This document shows, one piece after another, positions 12,564 to 23,300 of a DNA stretch of 64,000 bases. A program made the position numbers and the translations under genes. The notes below the pieces were generated by a model. The model saw only the letters and a list, made by a program, of their open reading frames with translations, made no database searches and was not told the origin of the DNA. Each line of letters starts with the position of its first letter. The stretch's first letter is position 1. Origin of the DNA: Psammoneis japonica (taxonomy: Eukaryota); the NCBI GenBank assembly GCA_008632985.1, contig QPGO01000115.1, positions 62,001-126,000 on the forward strand, given 5' to 3'.

Positions 12564-14882
12564 CTAAATGACAATACCATGTTCCACATCATCGCCCTCC
12601 TCGTTTTTGCCAAGGGAAAGCCGGTGCAATCCAGGCTCCTCCACTAGCTTATTAGCAATCGAAAAAGAAAGACTTTTCGCTTCGCCTAAATCCAACCATA
12701 TCTTGTCAAAGCCAATTAGAGATTGAATAGGATTTCCGTTTATGCCTGCACTGGGACCCGAATGGAAGAGAAGAATCGAATGAGCCCCGCTCATGGGACC
12801 AATGTTGCAAACGTGGACATTGACAAGTGTAGCATTGCCAATCCTGGTCGAAGTTATGGTCCGTTCAAACGTAGAGTAGCTCATCCCATAGCCAAATGGA
12901 TACACCACTCTCCCATTGTAGTATCTATGAGTCCTTCCTGGAAATACACCCGATGGGCGCATTCTCATGTCTCGAATGTCAACTTGCTCTGCAAACTCCG
13001 CTGGATACACGGTTGTCGTTAGACGGCCAGAGGGATTGAACTTGCCAAAGACGGCGTCGCCAATGGCGGTTCCACCAGACTGGCCGGGATAACCAACAAA
13101 CATGATCGCATCGATGTTCTTATCTTCCTTGTAAGGGCCAAGGTCGATTGGGCCGCCAGACATTACGATCAACAGGACTGGCTTGTCTGCTTCTTGTTTC
13201 GCACAAGAGCTCGCTAGGCGAATGAGCCGATCCTGTCCTGTCCCTGGCAGAGTAAGCGATGGTCTATCCTTGTCTTCGCTCTCAATACTCTGGTCTAGTC
13301 CCATGACAAGAATTGTAGCATCCATTGTGGCTGCCGCACGGCAAATCTCTTTTTCATTTATGATAGTAGTGGCGGTAATATTGCAGCCCTTGATATACTC
13401 AAGATCGACGCCCATGTCTTCCAATCCCCGCTTTGGGGAGACGAGAAACGGAGCCTCTCCATAGTAATTCCCTTGCATGGTGGATGTTGCATCGGCGTTG
13501 GGACCAAAGAGGGCAACAGTTCTATGTTTTTCTTGGGAAAATGGGAGTGGCCGTTGGTTTGTCTTGCCAGCAATCATATTATGTCCATTCTTCAACAACA
13601 CAATACCCTGTCGTGACGCTTCTAGCGCTAAATCATTATGCATGTGAATTTGATTTTCAAGGCGACGCCAGAATCCGTCATATTCCTGCTCTGGCAACGG
13701 ATCGTAGTATCCAAGACGAAACTGAGTTCGAAACAAGCTCTTTAGCGCTCGATCAATGTCGTTCATAGAAATATGGCCGGTGTTGAGAGAAGCCATGCCA
13801 TGAGCTTGAACATCACCACCGCAATCAGAATCGACCCCTGATTTGAGCGCAGCAGCAATGCCTTCTTCCATCGAATCTGTGTAATTGTGCCTTGAAAAAA
13901 TATTGCCAACTGCACCACAGTCACCTGTCACGTACCCGTCGAATCCCCACTCCTCCCTCAGTGTCTTGGTCAATAGGTCACCATCTGCACAACTAGGTAC
14001 TCCATTCACTGCGTTATATGAACACATGAAGCCCAGAACGCCGCTTATCACGCATTTTTTGAACATGGGCAGGTATGACTCATTCATGTCGCGGTCATCG
14101 ACTCGGGAGTCAAAGCTGAGCCTACCTGTTTCAATCGAGTATGCAGCAAAGTGCTTGCATGCTGCTGAGATGCGGGGAAGTCCATCCCCACGACCCTTTC
14201 CGTCTCTGCCATATTGTAGAGCGGGGATAAGACTAGCTGCGTACTCTCCATTCAAATACGGATCCTCCCCCGGCACTTCCTGTCCTCGTCCCCATCGGGG
14301 ATCCCGAAAAAGATTAACATTAGGAGTCCAATAGGTTAACCCAGGAACGTCACCAAGCGTCCAAAAGTGCGCCATCGCCTCGGCGCCAATTGCATCTCCG
14401 ATTGCCGAAAACAGTGATCTATTGAAAGATGCGCCGGTACTGCAGACTTGTGGGAACGAGGTTGATTTGAACTTGACCTCAGGACAGCAGGAATAAGCTA
14501 CACCATGTAAGCCTTCGGTCCACCAATTATAAGGCGGTAGAGATAATCGAGGGAGGGCAGGAACGTTGTTGCCAAGGAGCGATATCTTTTCGCCTGGCGT
14601 CAAATTGGTAACGAGCCAAGATATGCGATCCGCGTCGGATAAAGATGCGTCACAGTATGGCCATTTCTTCGCCTCTGCAGTCGAACAAGGCCTCTCATAC
14701 TTCCTCCCGGTGGAAACAAGGGAACCGCCTTTGCCGTCTGCAGTCGACGGATTGATGTCTTGTGGTCGAGCTGCTCTTAAGGATCTAGTAGTCACGCGTG
14801 ACATCTGCAACAATCCGAACCAGCAAAAGGATACGAGCAGCCAAGCAAGGATGGGACGGAAAAACATAATGACTGGATTCAT
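12564..14882 (-). CDS. Glycoside hydrolase family 3 beta-xylosidase-like protein with N-terminal signal/anchor
   Basis: WWTEGLHG, TPNVNLFRDPRWGRGQEVPGEDP, KHF, MCSYN, nucleophile YVTGDCGAV, YPGQSGG, YPFGYGMSYS. Confidence 0.93.
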   Translation of the reverse strand: MNPVIMFFRPILAWLLVSFCWFGLLQMSRVTTRSLRAARPQDINPSTADGKGGSLVSTGRKYERPCSTAEAKKWPYCDASLSDADRISWLVTNLTPGEKISLLGNNVPALPRLSLPPYNWWTEGLHGVAYSCCPEVKFKSTSFPQVCSTGASFNRSLFSAIGDAIGAEAMAHFWTLGDVPGLTYWTPNVNLFRDPRWGRGQEVPGEDPYLNGEYAASLIPALQYGRDGKGRGDGLPRISAACKHFAAYSIETGRLSFDSRVDDRDMNESYLPMFKKCVISGVLGFMCSYNAVNGVPSCADGDLLTKTLREEWGFDGYVTGDCGAVGNIFSRHNYTDSMEEGIAAALKSGVDSDCGGDVQAHGMASLNTGHISMNDIDRALKSLFRTQFRLGYYDPLPEQEYDGFWRRLENQIHMHNDLALEASRQGIVLLKNGHNMIAGKTNQRPLPFSQEKHRTVALFGPNADATSTMQGNYYGEAPFLVSPKRGLEDMGVDLEYIKGCNITATTIINEKEICRAAATMDATILVMGLDQSIESEDKDRPSLTLPGTGQDRLIRLASSCAKQEADKPVLLIVMSGGPIDLGPYKEDKNIDAIMFVGYPGQSGGTAIGDAVFGKFNPSGRLTTTVYPAEFAEQVDIRDMRMRPSGVFPGRTHRYYNGRVVYPFGYGMSYSTFERTITSTRIGNATLVNVHVCNIGPMSGAHSILLFHSGPSAGINGNPIQSLIGFDKIWLDLGEAKSLSFSIANKLVEEPGLHRLSLGKNEEGDDVEHGIVI

Positions 14883-16499
14883 GACAGGATACTTATTCTG
14901 AAGTACAGTATGGTTTCGGATGTGTCGGAGTCAGTTGCGTTGTTTCTGACAGCTGCTGAAAAACGCCATTTTGTGGGTTAGATAAGTGAGAGAGATAGAT
15001 AATAAGATAGATCGATGTTGGAACCTGAAAAGGCCAGGAGCCTAAAAGACATCGACGAGACCAGAACATCGCCCACGCGCATGTAGACTAATGTGCTGCA
15101 CCGGCAGCCAACCTCAAATAAACCGCTTCAATTATGAACAGGATTGACAGCAAACGGCAACGAGAAAAACTAGAACGAAGCCGAGAAAGAGCATGGAAAT
15201 GAGAGTAAGGATGAGAACAAGGATGCCAACAATGTGAAAGGCCGTGGTGTCGGCAGCGGCATTGGTGAAAATGCATCAGGAACAAGAAGGAAAACACTGT
15301 GGGGTGAAGCAGCACAACAAGAAGTGGGGGGCAGTGGGAGAGAAAAGGTTGCTCTCCACAAAGCATGAAAGTTGACCCCCCACAGAGTGCAGCCCAGACA
15401 CACAGCTGCTTCTAGAGAGGGGGTCTCTGTGGTTTTGTGAACCACACCCCCAACAAACTGTGTGTGCCTGTTGTCCCCCAACCTTTTTGTTTTGTTGGAA
15501 ACAGCTGTGGAAGAAGAGCCTGGTGGCAGCGGTGTGCACATGCTGCCAGCGGGGCACAGACAGCATCATGAATCTGGGCACTGCACAAAACAGCTGTTGA
15601 GAAAGTGACAAAGGGAAGCAACCCCAAAGTCCAAACAAGAAACACAGAGGCTCCCCAAGCTTCCACTCAAGATGATGCCAAAATTCACAATGGGACAAGA
15701 GGCATGGCCGCATGGTGCACATGACAAGATGGAGAGCAAGCAGCAGCCAGCAAGCACCAACTGCGCAGCTTTCACCAAGACAACACAAGAGACAACGGAT
15801 TTTGTTTGGGACACGCTTGACAGCAGTGGCCACACAAAAGGGGCGGCCGGTGGAGCCACTTGCTGCTGAACATGATCTTTTGCCATGCTGAGAAGCCAAA
15901 AACTCAAAAGAAGGGGAAAAGCAGGAGGAGACAAATGGCCAGGCCACCAGGACAAAGAAGCTGCACCAACAAAATGCAAAAGAAGCACACAACATTGTCT
16001 GGGAACAGCACGGCAATGCAGCGAGATCTGGGATCAAAACAAACAAGGAGTGGAAAGCTGTGGCCACAGAGCTTTTGTGGGGCCATGGTCTGCCCAAGAT
16101 CATCAGATTGGTGTGTTGTTTTTCACAATTTCCAAACAATGAAGAAAATCACATTGCCAGAATTGTGCTGGCTGCACCATGAGAAACAGAGCAAAACAAA
16201 AGATGAGCAAAGTGCTGAAATGAAAATTGTGACCAGCTTGGGTGCCAAGCAACTGAGATGCTCTGCAGTGTGGTCCAAGAACTCCTCTCATTTTGCCAAT
16301 CAGCCAGAACTTCCCAGGTTGCATGAAAAACATGCTTGCAGCCAAGTGTTCTGTGCAAAATGTTCTCAGTGCTTTTTGTCTGTGTCTTGCAATGTGCTCC
16401 AGTGCTCACAATCTCCAAGTCTGCAGCTCTCAGAGAATTGTCTCCTGTGGCACATTTTGGCACTTGCACCAATGCCTTCACATGTGCAATTGTCAGAGC

Positions 16500-19400
16500 T
16501 TGCTGAAGGTGTGTCTCTGACAAACACTGCTTTTTTTCTGCCAAATGTCAGCAAGTGTCACTCCACAAAGCCGGGCTTGTCTTTGACTGTGGTGCAGAGC
16601 TCTCAGCATGGTGCTGCTGTGCTCGTCCCCTCCATGATTTGGGCACAGCCAGGGCCATTGATGACTCCCTCTTTGAGCAGTTTGAGCCATGTCACATGTT
16701 TGCTGTGTCCAACTTGCTGCCTCTTTTGATTTGCATTGCAGCATTGCCAAATGCTTTTGGCAATGGCATTTGGGCCATTGTGCAATCCTTTAATGCCAAA
16801 GTGGTGCTTTGTTGTTTTTGTCATGTCCCATGTTTCTTCACTCTTTTCTCACTCTCTCCTTTTTGTCAGCATGCTTTGGTTTTTGATTGGCAACATGCTT
16901 GCAATTGAGTGTCATGTGCTGCACCTGAAAAGTGTGCTGGACAGAAGAATGTGGATGAGGAGAGCATGGAACGACAATGGTGCAGTGGTGCATGAATGAA
17001 AAGGAGATCATGAAAGGCAAAAATTGCACTGCATTTTGTGTTTTGTTGGAAACCACAATTCTGGTCTTGGACCAAAGGAGTGGCTTTTGGGCTGGTCTGT
17101 TTGCAACCACAACTGTGACCAAGCAATGTGCACATTGACAATTGTGGCACAGTTGTTTTGCATTTGTGGGTGTTTTTCAATCCCAGCACCTGATTTGCCA
17201 ATTGAGAGAATGATGGCAGAATTTGTTTTTTGGTCTTGATGCAAAGTTGTCATGAGACACTGTCTGTTTGCAACTCACCAAAGTTGGCTTTTTGAGCTGC
17301 ATGGTTTGTGTGCAACACATCTTCAGTGTGTCAACAACTTGCTGCTCTGTGTCTGTTCAATGCACGCTTCCTCTTGTTGCAATCACCTGTGCATGCTGCA
17401 GAGAGTGTCTCACATCTCTGCCAAAGACTGGAGCTGGGTGCAGCCATGGATGCCACTCTTCTAAAAAGACCTTTTGGATCCATGCATGTGTCTTCAACTT
17501 CACAGCTCCTGACCACATTGCTTGTGACTTGGTGGGTGTGCTCAGTTTTTGCTGTAGAGCATCTGACAGCTGTGGTAAATTTGCACCTGACAAACTCACA
17601 TTTTCAGCCACATGCACCCCCTTTCATCATTGTGCTCAACAATTTTTTGCAGTCCAGTGGCAGGGGTGCTCATGACAACAGCTTGAACCTTCAAAGGCTT
17701 CCTGCTGCTCTTTCACCTTGCATGTGGGCCAGTTGGGTCCACACAGTGTCTTTTTCAAGGCTTGGCTTCTGCCTGTTCAAGAGGCAAATCATGTCTGTGC
17801 TTCTCATGTGTTTTTTCATGGATCTCACACACTGGACATTTGATGCCATGACTTGGGTGTCTTGTCTTCTCTCACATTCAGCCAGGGCAAGTGCCATTGT
17901 TGAGTGAATGCTTCTGCCCTGCTTGTGTCTGGATGCAACAGGCAGGTGCCACACAATGTTTCAACATGGTCTTGCAGTGCTTGCAGGATGTCAAAATTTT
18001 TCCTTTGTACATTGCTGGTGCTGTGGATTGTTTGCCTCCAGAAAAAACATCAGCACAGCAACTTCTGGGTTGCACTGGTTTGGAGTGACATTGTCTTGGC
18101 ATTGAGCCTTGTCAATGGCACCACACTTGCAGTGGAAGTGTGACTTTTGACAATCCTTGGTGTCTTGGTGCTCAGCACATTCAATGGCTGTGTTAATTTT
18201 TTCAACTGTTTTGTCAACATCTGGGGCCAGCTGAGAGTGCTGGGAACGACAAGGTTTGAGGAGCCCTTGACACACCACACATGTGGGCTGACTCTTCCAT
18301 TGCAAGACATGTTCTTGTGACATGCTCATCATTGATTTCTTTGTGAGCAAGTCAAGATTTTTGTGGTCAGTGTGCACACAGTTGTTGTTTGTGATGACCA
18401 GACAGAATGCTTTCAAATTCTTTGGGTGTTGCTGTGGTCAATGGCAGGTTGCTCTCTCTCTGCTGTCACACACCTGCTGTGCCTTGTTCTTGTGACATGC
18501 TCAGCATTGATTTCTTTGCAAGCATGTCAAGATTTTGTGGTCAGTGCATGCACAGTTGTTGTTTGTGATGACCAGACAGGTTGTTGTCATGGTTGACAGC
18601 AAGTTGCTCTCTCTCTCTCTCTCTCTCTTCTCTGCTGTCACACACCTGCTGTGCCTTGTGCAACTTGCAGCTGTGGAAAGCAATTTGACAATTTTCTTAA
18701 CTTGTGACAGCACCAAGCTGTGCTTGATCTCCATCTGCAGACAACAAGAAATGGCTCATTGAAGTTGGGGCAGACATGACAAAACACATCTTTGGTGAGC
18801 AAACATTGCCCTGCATTTGTCCACTTAACATGTGCAGGCCTGCTGCTCAAAGGTGCTGGAATTTGAGAATGTCTTGGCCACATGTCTCTGCAGCAGCTCA
18901 CTCTGCAGCAAGAAGAACAAATGTCTTGTTTCTTTCTGCATCGTTGGTGGTTTGAAAGCATGGGTTGCCCCCCACTTTTTGAAGCAGCAGTGGTTTTAAA
19001 CTCAGCAGAAAGCAGCTTTCTGCATTGATTCTCAAACTTGCTTGTTTGTCTCATTGGAAGATCTTTTGAAGTTTTTCAGATGACCACAAAAACCACCTTT
19101 TGCAGCAGCCAGCACACCTTTGAGATGGAGCAATCCATTGAACTCTCCACCAAAGCAAGAAGCTCAGATGCATGTTCCTGAAACACATCCTCCTGGGCTG
19201 TTGCAGGCTCCCGCCATTGGCAGTTGGAGAACTGAAATTGCACTTTCTCCCTGTGGACTCACACAATGATGTGTGCAGCATCAGTTGAACAAGGCAGCAC
19301 CCCAAATTTGCACCCAACAATGTCATGCAAGCAAACCCTTTGAGTTGATGAAACAAAAAGTCTTGCATTTTTGGCAGGGGGGGGGGGGGAGGTTTCCTTT

Positions 19401-19900
19401 TTATTCTTTTGTTGAGTCCCCAAAGCATGACACTGGAGCCTTGTGTTTCTTTTTTCAATCTTAAGCTCTTTGCACAAGAAGCTGCTGTGAGAATGGCTGC
19501 ACTCATTCTGCTGCCCAGCAAGATGTGAGCAGGGTTCAGTTTTCTCTTTTCTGGACTTGGAGTTTTTCGTCCCGAAACTGTGGGTGTTTGATGCCCCCAA
19601 GTTGACATCTTTTTCTTGTTTGGAATGGAAAAAGCCCACCTGATTTTTTGCTGGATGAACTTGAGCTGTGTGTGCATTTAAAGTCAGACTTTGCTGAGGG
19701 CAAGTTTTGAAAATTGTTCACTCTGCTTGCCATCAAAGTCGCTGTCTTTAGCAGCTGCCCTGGCTTGCTCATGTGCATGAGTTTTTGAAAATTTTAACCC
19801 AGTGGTGCCCAGCTGGCACCTTCATCATCTTTTGAAGCTGAGCCCAACCGTGACTTTGCAGCTCATTTCATGATGTCCAGTGCATTGAGCATTGGCACAC
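16500..19900 (-). mobile_element. Heavily mutated Ty3/Gypsy pol remnant (RNase H-integrase); boundaries approximate
   Basis: VHTDHKNL and ACTDHK (VYTDHKNL) followed by QEHVLQW (QRVLRW-like), and the integrase C-terminal PVFGRDV (LVFGRDM-like), in RNaseH->INT order on the minus strand. Confidence 0.65.
18311..18660. repeat. About 175-bp tandem duplication inside the Gypsy remnant, with a (CT)n expansion near 18607-18628
   Basis: gttcttgtgacatgctca...gtgatgaccagacag and tctgctgtcacacacctgctgtgccttgt each occur twice. Confidence 0.85.
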
Positions 19901-20399
19901 AGAACAACATCTGCTTTTTTTGTTTGTGTTGGCTTCAACCAGTTGTGTGCTGCCACTCTCAGCAGTCTTTGCAGACAGCTCAGTGCCAGCAGCACATGAG
20001 CTCTGCCACTCCAGCCCAGCAGAATTGGGCTTTGTCTTGTTGGATTTTTCCCTTCTGCTGGAATGCTGTTTGTCAAATGTTTTTCCAGAAGCTCCAGACA
20101 TTGCATCAGAGTGCACGAAATGTTAAAAATGTGTGGATTTGCATGATGACAATTTGTTAAAATGTTGCAAAACATTGTTGTCAAATGATGACAGGCCAAC
20201 CTCTGGTTGCAAGTTTGGTGTGCCAACATTGCAACAACTCATTGAGAATCATGTGTGCCATTTTTCACTGTGCCCACATCACCATTTCTGCCTCCACCTT
20301 GTTGCCACACGCCAATGCGTGATTGCATTGCCACACAAACCTTGGTTTGTCAATTTTGGTGAACATTGTTTTAAACAAGAAAAACATTTCATCGGTTGA

Positions 20400-23300
20400 G
20401 TCAATTCCTTGTTGCGTCTGCAGTGCAATGACCGAGTGCCATGTTAACTGTGCACATGTTTTCTTGCCACAACTCTCTTAAACTGAGCCAACAATCATCA
20501 TCGGACTCGTCTTCATTGGACTCATCTTCATCGGACTCATCTCCTCCGTTGCTTGTTTTGCCTTTTGCACCTTCCTCCTGCTCATCGTCATCACTGTTGT
20601 CACCCCTGCTGCTCTCCACCATTGGGCTGTTCATTGCCTTCACCTTCTCCGCATCACCGGTCGGTGCTGTCTTCTTCTTCTTTTTTGCTTCTCCGGACTT
20701 CTCGCACTCGCTTTTCTTGATCTCCGCATGCCACTTTTCAAACTCCTTGCCCTCCTTGGAGTCTCTGTCTTTCGTCACCTCTTTGCACAAATGTTGAACC
20801 GAATGATTCCATTGTCTCCCCAAGACACTCGTTGTTTCTTTGGCTTCGTGTGCCAAGGGGCAGGCCTTGTTTCTTCGGGCTCCATTTCCTCACCCAATTC
20901 TTCCACCGCCTCCTCCTTGTTCCTGCATGCCCACACCTGCCAACAATTCTCCATGGCCAATGGTGCCAAAGCTTCGTCACCTGCCGCAAACAACTGTGAG
21001 ACCTGTGCATTCCCAGTTTTGACGGTGCTGCTCCATGCCTGCTTTTGCTTGGTTTGAGGTAGGATGTGATCACAGAACCACTTGCGTGCCTGCTTGTTCC
21101 TTCGTTTGCCGCCGGTGACAGTGTCTGGGCCAAACAGATCCCATGTTGGCACAAACGGGATGTCATTCTCTTCATTCTTGTCACGGCTTGACTTTTTCCT
21201 GGTTTGCTTTTTCCTCCTGACTGCCGCCTTGAGTTTCTTTTCTTTTTCCTTTCCCTCTTCCTCAGTGACAATGCCTGTGTAGACAAAGCATCACCGTCAT
21301 CTTCTTGTGAGACACACGCAACTCTCGAATCACACACATTGGTCACTCAACTTACGGGCCATTGCCTCCGCCCCAACAGCCGAACACACCGTGTTTCTGC
21401 GATTGTCATTTGCCTTTTTACCGCCTTTTTTGCCCATTCCTCCCAAGTTCCTGACCAATTTGAAGTGTCCATGTTGCCACCAGCAATCTGTTTCTTCACA
21501 AACATTGAGGCGCTCCCATTGCTTGCCAACTCTGACGGACTGAGAAACTTCACCTGTGGAAAGAGATTATTTCCAGCCACCTTCTCTGCTTCTGATTTCA
21601 ATGCACCATGTGCTGCCTGCGCACCTGTTCTCTTCAACACTGCCTGAAGTCTCAGGCTCATTGGCTCAATGGTCTCATTTTTCTTTCTCTTCTTTGCCGG
21701 TGGTGCTGGAGACGACATCTTGATCTTTGCATGGCAACAATGAGAGCAGTGTCACTGTTTGACAGTGCAACCGTCATCTGGGTCGTGTTGAGACAGCCAG
21801 CCACTCTGTTTTTCTCTGTGACATTGCACAAATTGTTGTCAGCAACATTGAAATTTGAAAATGTGTTTGTGCAACAATGAACAGTCCAACTTGCTTTTTG
21901 ATGTGGCTGTCATTGCGTTTCAACGGAGACAATGTCCTTCATTTTGACAGCAAATAAAAAAGAACAATGTTCACTGTAAATGCCAGATAAAAAATCAAAA
22001 TGCAGACACGTCACACCCACAAGAATCATCCAAATCTGGAAGACAATGTAATGTTTGCCATTTTCCCGCCATTTTTTGCGTGTTGTTCTTCTTTTCCCTT
22101 CTCATCCACAAGACAAGGACGACAAGTGTGAGTCTTGATGAAGGCCCTGTCAACATTGACCAGAGAACTGTGAGGCAACGGCATCAGCGTGCAGACTTGG
22201 TCAGTCGCTGGCAGCTTGATCACAAATAAACAACTGGCTTTCAATGCCTGAGAAGACTCAGCACTCACCTGAGTTGCGGGTTGTCCCTGTCAAAGCAATT
22301 GGGGACAATGTTTTGGTTTATGAAGAATGTCCAGGAGCAGCAGAAGCACAAGAAAAGGCCCTGTTTGTTTGGGCCACACAGGACAGAAGGAAGTGTTGGT
22401 CAGATTTGTTTCTAAAATGGGACACGCGCATCAATCCATCATTCACTCACAGTGATTTCCCAACTCTTTCTTGCAAACATGATGAATTTGATCCTTTCAG
22501 AATCAGCAAAGTCATTGCGGTGCACGTGAAGCAGTGCGGCATGAGCACCTTCCGTTGCTTTTGTTCTGATGTCTTCTTCGGAAACTCCAAGACAAGCTTC
22601 TTCCTGATCGGAAGGCTTTCCCAACCACCATTCTTGTTGTTCTTGGGTTGCAAGGTTGCTTGCAAAGAACAAACTCGCACGGCTCTTTGCAGCATCATTG
22701 TCCATTGTGCATGTGTCGAACACAGCCGATGATTTCTTCCATTGTTTGACAACCTGGAAGAAGGTTGCAAGAGCAAAGGGAATCACTGTGTCCCCCCCTT
22801 CTTCGTTTTTGGAGAGCAAGGCCCGAAGATCAAATAGATTCTGGAAAAATTGAGTCGTCCCAAAACGACTGTCGCACCACTCTCCATCTGGCATCCAGCA
22901 GCAGTCCAACATGATTTGGTCGAACCCATGATTGTCAAAATCAACAAGTTTCTCAAACTGCTGCTTGACTCTCTTGACGAAATCTCTTGCTTTCACATTG
23001 CAATTTAAGTGCAGATCAGGATGGCCGTCTTGGAGAGAAACTGTTGGAACAACGTTTGTGATTGTTTTGTCAGATTCCTCAAATGCCATTGCGCGGGCCT
23101 CGTCTCGCCTGTGTTGGTCGGACGACACTAAGGCCACCCCCTTCTCAGAGCACAACTCTTGAGAAGATAGTTGCCTTGCATTGAGCGGACGGGTCATCCC
23201 AACCACAGCACATTGTGTGTTTCCCCGTTGGTTTCGTCACTTGCGAAACTGTCTCCCAAGTTGCTGTGGTCCTCTTCACCCTCGGAGCAATGTGCAACTT

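Noticed and set aside
15092..15102. tgtgctgcacc at the left edges of two mutated domains (also ~32125)
   Set aside because: Only 11 bp in TG/CA-enriched sequence, so chance is likely; no matching inverted end found
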